Source of the DNA: Ostrea edulis
Taxonomy: Eukaryota
Assembly (NCBI RefSeq): GCF_947568905.1
Contig: NC_079172.1
Location: 70,184,001 to 70,248,000 of the forward strand
Reading direction: 5' to 3'
DNA length: 64,000 nucleotides
Every line of letters starts with the position of its first letter. Within the stretch, counting starts at the first letter, position 1. The position numbers were made by a program, and so were the translations under genes. Shown here in pieces: positions 49,749 to 62,540 of this stretch. The notes below the pieces were generated by a model, which was given only the letters and a program-made list of their open reading frames with translations, searched no databases and was not told the DNA's origin.

Positions 49749-50434
49749 CTGTAGATTGTAGACAAAACGTAAATAATCAGAATTTTAAAAACATTCTAGT
49801 ATAGTATGTCATAAATACTTATCATTTCCATTAGTGGAACTCTTCAAATTAAAGGCGCGTAAAGTCGTGCTACCGGGACAACATACGTAAACATTACTTA
49901 GGCATACATAATATAAATTATGGTATCGAATACATATTATATATAACCGACTGCAAACCACAACACTGATTAAAATTCTAAAGTCAAATTTAGGAATTGA
50001 TTATTCTTACAAGAAAACAGACGAACTTATTAAACTATGTGAGGGAGTGCAGGTACTAAATCTGCCAAATCTGACCGATATAAAGCATCAATCGCAAGAC
50101 GAACTGTGAAGGGAAAAACCTATATGCACATCCAACACAAGAACCTTTCTTGTAATTAATGTGATTAATATGTTTTTAAAGTCTGTCAGACTATGAAGAC
50201 ATTCTATCTTATCATACAATTAGGACAGGTTCATATGGCATGGACTTGGTAATCGTACACGAACACCCCCCCCCCCCCCCCCCCCCTCAATTTCCATATT
50301 TTAGAACAAGTTATATATATGCCAAACTGCATTTTTAAAGACATTTATAACACTACTTAACACAACTAATGCGTTTCCAAACTGCATTTAAGCTATTTGA
50401 AAATTACAAAATATTGATGGATTTAGGACAGAGA

Positions 50435-50496
50435 CACAGGCACTTGTTTCTGTATATACAGACGTCAAAACTTATATACAGAAACAAGTGCCTGTG
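50435..50496. mobile_element. 62-bp hairpin MITE, CACAGGCA termini, perfect 8-bp TSD
   Basis: CACAGGCACTTGTTTCTGTATATA ... TATATACAGAAACAAGTGCCTGTG flanked by GACAGAGA at 50427-50434 and 50497-50504. Confidence 0.8.
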
Positions 50497-51479
50497 GACA
50501 GAGAACATCATTGTTTGGAATTTTTAAAATAGGTGTGGTGGAGTTTAAAAACATGTAACATTTTTAATACGATTGTGTTCGAATATTTGAAAAATGCAGT
50601 TTGACCGATGGTTATTTTATCTAAAAATACGCCATGTATTTTAACTCTTAAAAAAAAGGGGGGGGGGGGGGGGATGACCGTTTTGTTTATGTCCCAGTAA
50701 TCTCGCACTTGCTCGCGAGACTTGTGCATTTTCTTACCAATGACGCACAAGAGTCATCAAAGCGCGATAACTCTAACGAGCTGGTAATGAGAAGTATTGT
50801 TTATAACTTTACCGATAGACAGAGGACTGTGCATGTAAATGTGTTTAGTCTGTATCCAACAAATATAAATAAAACATTTGGGGGGGGGGGGGGACAAGTT
50901 TCCACTAACAAAGTACATACAATATATGTAATAAAACGAAAGTTGAAAAAAAAATCAAATTATTGAATTTCAATTCAATATTTCACCAGAATCAATTATT
51001 ATTCAGTAACCGTTGCTGTCAAAGTGGGAACTGTTGTCGAAAATCACTATTTTATTACCCCTACCTGAAATTTTATACGGCACGTATCTTAAACTGTTAA
51101 AATCATTTCTAATCATTTCATTTTCACAGCCAGATCTGTATTGGCATTTGACGGGAAAATAATATATGTCTGCCAATTTTTATAAAACATACTTGCTCAG
51201 ATACAAAGTGTAAACATTAAGTGAACCACTGAATCTGTCGTAAATCTGGGTACATACATGTAAATGAAATGGACTGTGTGACAGATCTATGGAGGGCCGT
51301 CTGTGTCACAACATTATAAGTACGACATCGATCACAATGTCTTTTCAATATATACAAGGAAAAGGTCATAATACAAGAGGCACAGAAACAAATGATTTTG
51401 TTTTCAACACACGCACAAAGAGGACAGGGTGATGTGACGTGAAAAGTGTGCGAATTAAAGTACATATCCAACGTGTGAG

Positions 51480-51512
<33 letters not shown>

Positions 51513-51949
51513 ACGATTTCTCGATTTCTTACTGTTTCTGTTTTTGCGTGTTTCCCTGATACTTTGGATATAACAGTGCAATATTTGTTTTTATAAATGT
51601 GTGCACTGTGTGACTCGATATCAATGTTCTTTTCTTATATCTACTAAAATAAATACATATGCGGTAAGTTTCACTCGCCTGTGCATTCGGCGAATTTTAC
51701 ATGACGTTTCCATGACAATACTATTTGGTATGTCGAACATTGCAATAATTATCCAATTTATATTTTACACCTTTCCATTTGTTTGTAAATTTCACCATCT
51801 CTGTTGTGTAAGTTTTTTGATTTACATTTTATAATCATCAATTTGCATTCATACTGTATTTTCTATTTATATTCTACTTTTCTATCTAATTTTTCATGCT
51901 GTATGATCATTTTCTTTTTGTATTATGAAAGGTGAAGATAAGGTGAAGT

Positions 51950-52682
51950 ATGCTTGCAAATTTCACTAGCTATGGCCAATGATTCTTCAGAAGATTTAAA
52001 TTGAGGATTCTTTAGACATACATATACATGTATATTCCCACCTAAAATTCTGATCTCCCCTATTGTTGCCCTACCCTACCTCATGGGACCATGATTTCAA
52101 CAAACTTAAATCCGCATTATTTGAGGACGATTACAGACTATTCATAGCCCTATTGTTCTTCAGAAGAAAAATTTTACATTTTTTTCGCCACAAATTCTCA
52201 TGTAAAATTTTAAATTTTAAATCGATATTGTGACCCAAACCTCTAAACTTACCCCCGAGCTAATGATTTGAACAACCTTGAAGCTGCACTTCCTGTAACT
52301 GTTGGCTTGACTTATCAACCCTGCTGTTCTTGGGAATATTGTTTTAAAGACATCCTATTTATTCTCATGTTAAGCTTCGATTTCCCATTGAGACTCTCCC
52401 TTCCACCCCTAAGACCACGATTGAACAAAATTGAATCTGCATTACCTGAGGATGCTTGCATGTTAGTATGAGTAACAAGAGATCCGCAAAGCAGGGCATC
52501 CCCTCACAATGTAGGTAATCGGCAAATGTAAGTTTTTACTATGAAGTTCCATAGTTACCTTGACCTTATGACTCCGAAATGAATAGCGTTTTTCCACTCT
52601 CATTAACAAAGCTACATGTGAAGTAATCGATCGAGCCAAAAAAAAAAAATGTGGCCTGTAGAGTATTTATAACCTCAGTGTT

Positions 52683-52759
<77 letters not shown>

Positions 52760-53610
52760 GGCCCTTTACTATATACCCTCTCACAATGAATTGCAAAGGG
52801 ATAATCACGGTCCTGTTACTCTTGGAGAGAAGATTTTTAATTGTTTTCCCTAAATATTCTCATGTGAAATTTTATTCCCCATTACGGTCTAACCTTGCCC
52901 CTAGGGACATTGTTTTCAACGAATTTGATTCTGCACTACCTTACCCGTTACCATAGCTAATAATAATGTTAATATGAATAAAAGTTCTTCAAAATTTTAA
53001 ATTCCCATGTAAAACTTTGCCCCTTTACTGTGGCCCCATCCACCCCAGGGAGCCACAAATTGAACAAACGTGTATCTGCATTCTTTGGGGATGCTTGCAT
53101 ATTAATATGACTAATTTAGCTATGTTACCCTTGACAAAAAGATTTTCAAGTCCCCCCCCCCCCCCATGCATTCTCATATAAAACTTAATTTCCCTATCGT
53201 GGCCTCACAGCCATGATTAAGCAAACTGGAAGTTATGCTACCCAATGATGCTTGGATATTAATATCATTATGGGCAATATGGCACTGCAATTTTTGAGAA
53301 GAGTTTGATAAATTTTTACCTGTATAACTCCATGTAAAACTTTGATTTGCTACTGTGGCCCGATCCTACATCCAAGGACCATGATTAGAATAATGATTCA
53401 AATCATTTTGAATCTATATATGTTTTGTTCTTTCTAGTCTAGTGGTTCATGAAGGAAGATTTTAAAGATATGCCACCATAATTTTACTATTTCTTAATTA
53501 TGTCCCTTTTGAAAAGAGCATAACCCTCTATTTGAACAGTTTTGAATTCCCCTTACATAGGGATGCTTTATGGCAAGTTTGGTTGAAATAAGTCCAATGG
53601 TTCTGCAGAA
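51950..53610 (+). repeat. Old, diverged Cg170-related repeat region with a nested element carrying a (CA)n tract
   Basis: Degenerate CCCCTATTGT.GCCC..CCATGATTT.AACAAACTT.AATC.GCA units; unrelated insert at about 52480-52790. Confidence 0.6.
52684..52757. repeat. (CA)n microsatellite, about 37 units
   Basis: Directly visible. Confidence 0.95.
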
Positions 53611-53976
53611 GTAAAACAAAACCTTCTGTAAAGCTTACAACAATTTTGAAGAAAATCCAAGCAGAAATAGTTTCAAGGTCTACGAAAAATTATCTTCAAC
53701 ACAAATTAAACACTGAATCAGATATTCCTTGATTGTTTTGTTTTCTCATTCCAATAGCCCTGGGATCTGTAAATTGCTTTAAAAATTTAAATTGAATTTT
53801 TCTAATTCTGAAGAAAACTTTGATTGTTTTACTTCCGTTTTATGACTTGATGATGCTCAGTATTGCCGACTCCATCTTCTGTGTGATAACGTGAAACATT
53901 GATAATATTGTATACATATCATTAAACAAGGAGTTATAGATAAACAATTATCTCCAGCTTCCTACAAACAAGATAC

Positions 53977-54170
53977 TGGTGACCCAGTGGGTGGAGCGTT
54001 CGCTTCGTGACCGGGAGGTCGTGAGTTCAACCCCGCCTGTGTCTTGGCCTCGTCTGATCTACGACATGAAAATAGGTAGTGACCGAATATCGTCAAGCCC
54101 TTGACACATATCAATGAAATTCGCGGGTCGTTCTAACGATACATTAAATTCCGCGATCCCTTGTAACGCC
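53977..54170 (+). mobile_element. Degenerate tRNA-derived SINE (second family)
   Basis: A-box-like TGACCCAGTGG, B-box-like GAGTTCAACCCC, followed by AAATAGGTAGTGA body. Confidence 0.5.
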
Positions 54171-54344
54171 CCTCACTGTTGATTCACATGGGTACAGCAA
54201 ATGTATTGTATAATTATGCAAGCATGGCGTGTAAATATATTGATGGTTGTTCTCAATATCACCTCCTGTAATTAGACTGGGGTCACAAGAGAAAACTTAC
54301 ACGTAGGAACATATAGTAACTTTCTTTTCAATGATCACAATCAA

Positions 54345-55650
54345 GGATGCAGTGTAGAGACTAGGATGCAGTGTGTGTAAATATCACTATGTAGTGTAGA
54401 GACTATTCACTATGAAGGATGCAGTGTGTGTAAATATCACTATGTAGTGTAGAGACTATTCACTATTAAGATGCAGTGTGTGTAAATATCACTATGTAGT
54501 GTAGAGATTATTCACTATTAAGGGTGCAGTGTGTGTAAATATCACTATGTAGTGTAGAGATTATTCACTATTAAGGGTGCAGTGTGTGTAAATATCACTA
54601 TGTAGTGTAGAGATTATTCACTATTAAGGGTGCAGTGTGTGTAAATATCACTATGTAGTGTAGAGATTATTCACTATTAAGGGTGTAGTGTGTGTAAATA
54701 TCACTATGTAGTGTAGAGATTATTCACTATTAAGGATGCGGTGTGTGTAAATATCACTATGTAGTGTAGAGACTATTCACAATTAAGGATGCAGTGTGTG
54801 TAAATATCACTATATAGTGTAGAGACTATTCACAATTAAAGATGCAGTGTGTAAATATCACTATGTAGTGTAGAAACTATTCACAATTAAGGGTGCAGTG
54901 TGTGTAAATATCACTATGTAGTGTAGAGATTATTCACTATGAAGGATGCAGTGTGTGTAAATATCACTATATAGTGTAGAGACTATTCACTATTAAGATG
55001 CAGTGTGTGTAAATATCACTATATAGTGTAGAGATTATTCACTATTAAGTATGCAGTGTGTGTAAATATCACTATGTAGTGTAGAGATTATTCACTATTA
55101 AGTATGCAGTGTGTGTAAATATCACTATATAGTGTAGAGACTATTCACTATTAAGGATGCAGTGTGTGTAAATATCACTATGTAGTGTAGAGACTATTCA
55201 CAATTAAGTATGCAGTGTGTGTAAATATCACTATGTAGTGTTGAGACTATTCACTATTAAGGGTGCAGTGTGTGTAAATATCACTATGTAGTGTAGAGAC
55301 TAGGGTGCAGTGTGTGTAAATATCACTATGTAGTGTAGAGACTATTCACAATTAAGTATGCAGTGTGTGTAAATATCACTATGTAGTGTAGAGACTATTC
55401 ACTATTAAGGGTGCAGTGTGTGTAAATATCACTATGTAGTGTTGAGACTAGGGTGCAGTGTGTGTAAATATCACTATGTAGTGTAGAGATTATTCACTAT
55501 TAAGGATGCAGTGTGTATAAATATCACTATGTAGTGTAGAGACTATTCACAATTAAGGGTGCAGTGTGTGTAAATATCATTTTGTTGTGTAGAGACTATT
55601 CACAATTAAGGATGCAGTGTGTGTAATTATCACTATATAATGTAGATACT
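54345..55650. repeat. 53-bp minisatellite, about 24 copies with variants
   Basis: GGATGCAGTGTGTGTAAATATCACTATGTAGTGTAGAGACTATTCACTATTAA. Confidence 0.95.
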
Positions 55651-56427
55651 ATTGACCTCACACCATTACACGTGGGAAGAAAGTTAGGCCACATTTTCCA
55701 CGAGGAAATTTAATTGACCGGATGAGCGATGTGACCCGCGGGCCTCTTGGTGGGGTTTTTTTCGCTGTTGATTTTATTCGTCATTGACAGAATAGCAAAC
55801 ATTTTCGATGTTTGTTCCACGACACTTTTTTATTCTTCTCCAGTTTCGTGTCATGTCATTCAAAATAGAATACATTTTGAAGAGTTCGTGGTTTATTTTT
55901 CAAATGAATTTAATTTTTTGTTGGACGCTTCACGACAGCATACTTTTCATTAAGCGGCATGCCGGCGGAAAGCGGCGAAGTTCATACTCTCACGTATTTT
56001 CAGAAATGAAATCTTTTTATATTCGGATTCTATTTTCATTTCTGTTGCAATTCCCAGTTGTTGAAATATACGTACTATATTTATCAAGATTCATATCCGC
56101 GCATTGTTCACAATTGCAGCGCATTCCTGAGAAAATGGCTCTCATCATGATTTGTAAAGCTATCAAATAAAAAAAAACGTTGGAAATGTAAATATATTCA
56201 GACAAAGTGTATACAGATTTCGTTAATTCTTTCAAAGTTCACACATTACCGAAATCCCTAAAGTGATTTAACAATTTATTGTCCTCCTTTAATAGATCAT
56301 CTTGATTGTAAATTCAACATCAATTTGCTGATCAAACAAAACGTTGCTGGGGAGAAGACAAATGTCATTTCAGCTTGAATTTGCGCCAGCATAACAGCAC
56401 TGAGATCCAAATAGCTTCTCCGCCACA

Positions 56428-57396
56428 ATGGATTATAGCAGCGGAAATCGCTCCCGAGCTAACTGTAGTTATGAAGAGGCGATTATGCCGAGTGATTTTA
56501 GGAGAATTTTGTGTTTGATTGCATTGTTTTCCTTGGTAGCCGTAACAGTGTTTGGAAATGTTTTCTTAATTTCCAGAATTGTCCAAAGAGGGCAGTTTGA
56601 AAGAAAAATTAATGTGTTCGTCATTTCGCTGGCTATAGCAGATTTTTGTGTGGGAATTTTCGTCATGCCATCCTCAATTATCCATAACCTCACCGACGAT
56701 TTATTCTTTCGAAAAACTTTGTTTGTAAAAGCATTTTTCGCTATGGACATAATATTTACAACATCTTCAATTTTGCATTTCACGTGTATCAACATTGACC
56801 GATTTGTGGCAGTGAGGTATCCTTTGAAATATTTCCAAATGATGAACAGAAAGTTGACAACAGTCATGATAGTGCTTGGCTGGTCTACAGCATGTTCAAT
56901 TTCCGCGACAATTGTTTTCTTATCTGACAAAGGAGATGCTTGTAGTCCGCATTACACTTTTAGCGTGCAGGGAACAGCGACGATCGTTGGTTCAGTTTTT
57001 GTGTTTTACATCCCACTAGCGTTAAATATTTGTGCTAGCATCAACATTTACCTCAAAGTTCACAGAAGAGCCCAAGAATTGTGTCACGTGATGCCTAACG
57101 AATCTACTGTTCTCCAACGGAACCAGCAGAGAATGGAATCACGCGTGATACGGACTATAGCCATTCTACAGGGGTGTTTTGTGCTGTGTTTTACTCCGTT
57201 TTTCTTGCTTCTCGTGATGAAGAATATACATGCACTAGGTTTGGAGCCCTCACGGACCTCGTTATTAGTTGTCACGTGGATTGGTTACGTCAATTCCACT
57301 ATAAATCCTTATCTCTACTACTTCATGAATAATCGATTGAAGAAACCCGCTCAAGAGAATCTTAAAACTGTTTCTACTGAGGCTGTCCGCCTTTAA
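56428..57396 (+). CDS. Intronless class A (rhodopsin-like) GPCR, aminergic/trace-amine-like, 322 aa
   Basis: Seven hydrophobic segments; TM1 GN, TM2 SLAIAD..VG..VMP, TM3 D..FTTSSILH..IDRF, TM5 FYIP, TM6 CFTPFF, TM7 WIGYVNSTINPYLY; Kozak GCCACAATGG. Confidence 0.9.
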   Translation: MDYSSGNRSRANCSYEEAIMPSDFRRILCLIALFSLVAVTVFGNVFLISRIVQRGQFERKINVFVISLAIADFCVGIFVMPSSIIHNLTDDLFFRKTLFVKAFFAMDIIFTTSSILHFTCINIDRFVAVRYPLKYFQMMNRKLTTVMIVLGWSTACSISATIVFLSDKGDACSPHYTFSVQGTATIVGSVFVFYIPLALNICASINIYLKVHRRAQELCHVMPNESTVLQRNQQRMESRVIRTIAILQGCFVLCFTPFFLLLVMKNIHALGLEPSRTSLLVVTWIGYVNSTINPYLYYFMNNRLKKPAQENLKTVSTEAVRL

Positions 57397-57515
57397 TTCC
57401 AATAGATTTAGAAGACTTCCCACTTCATTCAATTCACATCTTATTAAAGTTTTTAAGCAATAAATTTGGCGTTTGATTTTGATATCAACTTTGAATTTTA
57501 AAAAAAAAACACCTT

Positions 57516-57745
57516 TAAACTCGGTGTATCGAGCATCCTTAAATCTCGGTGTATCGAACATCCTTAAATCTCGGTGTATCGAACATCCTTAAATCTCAGT
57601 CTATCGAGCATCCTTAAAACTCGGTGTATCGAACATCCTTAAATCTCGGTGTATCGAACATCCTTAAATCTCGGTGTATCGAACATCCTTAAATCTCGAT
57701 GTATCAAGCATCCTTAAAACTCGGTGTATCGAGCATCCTTAAAAC
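57516..57745. repeat. 25-bp minisatellite, about 9 copies, downstream of the GPCR
   Basis: CATCCTTAAATCTCGGTGTATCGAA with period 25. Confidence 0.9.
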
Positions 57746-59587
57746 TAGGCATCCTTATTGGGATGTTATTTAATACGTGTGAACTAGTAAAACAAACTAA
57801 GACGCATCGCTTATAGAGTTTACATTCAGAATGAATACAGGGACATGTCTACAAATTATATCATAGTCAAACATGGATCTCAAGGTATGTAGTTACAGGT
57901 GAATATTAACTGCCGATAGAGACGTGATGTTGACCAAAGACAAGCTACAAGTCTTTATTAACGCATATTGTCCGTAAAATGACGTCCTTATTTGTATATC
58001 GAAGAAATTAATGACCGCGTAGAATAGATTTTGTTGGGTGTGAAAAGAGGTAAATACTGTCATTTCTCCTTTATAAACACGGTTGTGCCCGTACGGTAGC
58101 AAAATAAATCAAGTACCAAATGAAAGATCTTGTCACAAGGAATATGTGAAAATCAAATATAAACAATATCGTGCCAAAAGAAAGATCTTTCCACAAATAA
58201 TACACGTGAAATATGAAAGCCCTAGCATTAGACATTCAGATGTTATGAGCAAGGTTAAAGTATTTGCGGACAGACAGACCAAACACTATAAGTTCCCGAA
58301 TCTCTAATTAATGGCCTAGCATTGGCCATTGAATGTTTACTTTCTATAAGGAACAGTTTCTTTTATATGCTTTCTATTAAACAAAATTTATTGTCCAGCA
58401 TGCCAGTGTTTCGTCAATGTGGCCAATGTTGGATATTGCACAAATTGTGATTAATTCTACAGACCATGCAGGTATAGTGCACGACTCATGAAAATCTAGC
58501 TAGATATAAAAATCTCTTATAAGGACTTGAATTTTACACAATGTTGGAGACACAGGGATCAGAGTTCAGTCTCCCGTAGATGCGATTTTCCGATGAATTT
58601 GAACAAATCCACGAATAAACCATAAGAACATTTCACATGATACGGCCGCAGTATTTTAATGATGATGAGGATTAATTTTCTGGAATTTCTAGTCATTATG
58701 CTGGATATTTTTTCATGGCTTTGATAGGTATTGGAGTGAATATTTGTGTCGTTTTCATAACCATATATTATAGTGGATTTGAAGAACATAAAAACGAAGA
58801 TCGTCAAACCAATCCATTTGTTTCTATTGATCCTAATGTAAGTATATGTACATGTATTTTTTTGTTTTTTGATTAAATCTCTTTCATGTAGAAAAGCAAG
58901 ACTGGAATATGCCCTCCATTTATATTGCTATTTAAAGAACTAGCATTATTACTGTACAATCTAGCATACTTTAAATTCTTAAGGAGAATGCTACACCGGA
59001 GAAATTTTATATGGATGAAAAGTGGAAGATGTGTACAACAATATTTTGAAATTGAAAACTTTTCAAATTTACTTCATCTAGTAAAAAAAAAATGCAGTTT
59101 TAGTATAAATTAATCTGATTTGTAGATTACCTTTCTGGACTCGAACCTGCGATCTACAGTTCTGTAGTCGACACTAAATATCTGAGCAAGGCAATTAAAT
59201 CTAAAATGAATAGACAAATATTGCTGATACAATGTTTTTATATTTTCATTCACATTTTAAAAGGAACTCAGCCATTATTACGGTGTAGTACACCTCCTTA
59301 AAATATAAGACATGTATTAACTTCATCATAGTCTACAACATTTACAAACTTCCCTCATTTTGTCACATAAACACGTGTGACCCCCAACATTTCAAATCCC
59401 GTGAATGACAGGAACAATGTTTGTTTCATGCGATAACAGATATTTCACTTGTCTGTATGTCCATGCTTTCATTGAAAATGTGTAATACACACACATACGA
59501 AATTCTGTCATTTTGTTAACAATGCATTCAGTTGAAAGACATTTCATGAACAACAAAACAAAATCCAGTCTGTCATAATGTGACATT

Positions 59588-60090
59588 TATAACGAACAGA
59601 ATGACTTCAGCTTCTCCATCGTCAGCTTTCCATATTTATGTAGCAATATTCCTGCATATGGTGTTTCTTTCTCTCAACTCATTCGATACGCAAGAGCTTG
59701 TTCTGCGAATGGTCAGTTTTTAAATGGAGGCAGTACTGACAAACAAGATGATGTTACAGGGATTTCAACAGTCTCGTTTAAAGTCAGCATTTAGCAAATT
59801 CTATGGTCGTTAGAACGATCTAATTTACCAATACATCCTGTCACTGGTAAAAATGCTGTCTGACATGTTTTATACCAAATGAGGCTGTTCTTTACACACT
59901 GATTCTGACTGCGGATCACTCCGTTTACCCAATCGAAATATAGGGATCATGTGTGATCGATCGGCAGGGGCTGCTTACCCCTCCTAGGCACCTGATCCCA
60001 CCTCTGGTATGTCCAGGAGTCCGTGTTTACCCTACTCTTAAATTTTGCATTCTTCATAGGAATTATGAGATTGATCACTATTCGTACATC
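59588..60090 (+). mobile_element. Penelope-like retroelement 3' remnant (RT thumb region and 3' UTR)
   Basis: YNEQNDFSFSIVSFPYLCSNIPAYGVSFSQLIRYARACSA, then GFQQSRLKSAFSKFYGR in another frame, then TTACCCCTCCTAGGCACCTGATCCCACCTCTGG. Confidence 0.7.
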
Positions 60091-61629
60091 AACACAAGAA
60101 TAAAAAGCAACAACCACAAAACCACAGGCCTGTTTGTCTCGATTAGTGAACCTGAAGGATCACCAGAAGAGAATTAAATCTAAACATTACCCGAATACGC
60201 CGTATAGAATAACATTTTTGGTGCTGGAAGTCTCGAGAGAATTCCACTGTTTTCCTTACAAGTATCTTCCAGTTAGCCTAGTTTCGACGGTTCATCGTAG
60301 TTGATTAGAATTCATTCGATGTCTGTTAAAAATCATTGAAAAAAGTAGCACTCATTAGTCAATCTCATTAGGAAGAACCTTTACAATACTGGGGCTTTGT
60401 CAACCCAGAAATATTTAAGACGAGTGGTATACTTGTCCCTCTCCTTCCATCATTGACCTTATAAACGGACAGTGATTAGGTCAAGGTCGAAAGAAATTAT
60501 TCTGAAGTGAAGTAACCCTTTCTAATCCATATCTAACATTTCATTGGTATTCTAAAAATCTTCATCTGATGTTTCCGAACAATATATAGGGACACACTTA
60601 CAGAAATAATGAGATACCCATAGTGATTTAATTATACAGAAATAAAAATTACAGAAGTGATGAGTTACTCAGAGTGATTTAATTATACAGATTTTTTTTT
60701 TTACAGAAGTGACGAGTTACTCAGAGTGATTTAATTATAATAAGCACCATGCACTGTACTTCAAATAACATTTCTCATTTCCACTTATCAAAATAGGCGT
60801 AATGTACAAAGCAGGTATTGCTCCTCCAATCTGTTGCGGTCTGTAATAAAAAAGGAACTGTATGAACTTTGAAGGATTTCGTGAGTATGTGGCGTGGTAT
60901 AGATCTGTCCCATCATTTGAACTATATCGCGGAAAATAATTGATATCATGTGGCAGGGTAAAATAGTTAAAGAAGTTAAATTAACAAATCAAATAAATAT
61001 CAAATGTATGGATAAACCAATTAGAAAAACTTATATCTGCATATGTAAACCAAATAAAAATTTAATCTCATCTGTAGGTATAAACCAAATAGACAAATTA
61101 ATATCAACTGCAGGAATAAACCAAATAGACAAAATGTCAACTGCAGGAATAAATCGAATACAAAAATCAATATCATTTAATAACTTTTAAAGTGATGACT
61201 TAACAACAATGCTGATTGGATGAACATTCGTGTGATTTCTTAATTCAAAAATTTTGTTTTCGAGTCCCACGACCAGTGCTCAACGTCCCCTCCAACACAA
61301 TGCAGCATGCATCGAGTCATCGCTTGTCCTCTTCCTTCCTATCTAATTCATCTCCTAACCATTGTATCTTTAATTTGGCGTCCAATTCATTTAACTCTGC
61401 TCAATCACTCTACCTGACCTGAACGCATTTTGAATTCAGTGTTGTTGTTTCCATTGTTACATACATGTATTCCTACGCGCCATTCCAAAAACATTAATTA
61501 AAGCTTTTTAATGAGATAAATTATTTCCTTCTACAATTTAAAAACATAATCAAATGATAAGAAATGAATCTTATAATTCTTTTCTTGATGACGGTATCAT
61601 AGGGAAAATTGGACGGAAAACTTTTTCAT

Positions 61630-61925
61630 CAATGCACTACGTTATAACGATCTGGTATGTCAGTACAACCTGTCAATGGATAAAATGCCGTCTCACGTGT
61701 TTCATACCGATTGTTAGACCGTTCTTTACGCACTGATTTGACTTCGGATGGCTTCGTTTACGTCATCAAGATATAGGGCTCACGGCGGATGTGACCGGTC
61801 GACCGGAGATACTCACTCCTACTAGGCACCTGATTTCACCTCTTGTATGTCCAGGGGTCAGTGTTGGTCCAGCTCTCTATTTTGTATTTTTTATAGGAGT
61901 TGTGGGACGTTATCTTCACCTTCTC
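61630..61925 (+). mobile_element. Second 3' remnant of the same Penelope-like family
   Basis: RYNDLVCQYNLS..VFHTDC* followed by GGGCTCACGGCGGATGTGACCGGTCGA..CTCCTACTAGGCACCTGAT. Confidence 0.7.
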
Positions 61926-62176
61926 ATTAGACACTAACATAAAGAGAGGATATTGTAAGTTGTTAGAACTTGTTTTCAATCCTTTTGTATGTTGACTATA
62001 TATGCAATAAAATGTGTTCGAAAGCCTTTATATATGATATTGAAATGGAGGTGGTGTGTCAGGCGTTAACATGATAAAGACCCATCAATGCTACAGCCAT
62101 ACACTAAATGTATAGGTTGTGTTAACATTTGGAAATTTCAAATCCCTCTCAAATTCAAATTATTGTTAATAATATT

Positions 62177-62540
62177 GGAGTATAGTATCTATGGAGTATA
62201 CTATCAATGGAGTATAGGATATATGGAGTATAGGGTCTATGGAGTATGGAATATAGTATTTAAATAGAGTGGTGTATCTATGGACTATTAGATATATGGA
62301 GTATGGTATCTATAGAGTGTGGTATCTATGGAGTATAGTATCTATGAAGTATAGTATCTATGGAGTGTGGTATCTATGGAGTATAGCATCTATGGAGTAT
62401 AGTATCTATGGGAGTATAGTATCTATGGGAGTATAGGATCTATGGGGGTATAGTATCTATGGGGGTACAGGGTCTATGGAGTATAATATCTGTTAAGTAT
62501 AGTATCTATGGAGTATGGTATCTATGAAGTATAGGATGTA
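62177..62540. repeat. Irregular about 18-bp minisatellite
   Basis: GTATCTATGGAGTATAG-type units. Confidence 0.8.

Noticed and set aside
52566-52956. CVCVCV / THTHTH ORFs (also 10842-11120)
   Set aside because: Translations of (CA)n microsatellites.
56469-56930. 153-aa minus-strand ORF
   Set aside because: Antisense shadow of the GPCR.
60948-61422. Short repetitive ORFs (STAGINQIDK repeats) and an acidic minus-strand frame
   Set aside because: Short local duplications with no recognisable family; too little evidence to call.
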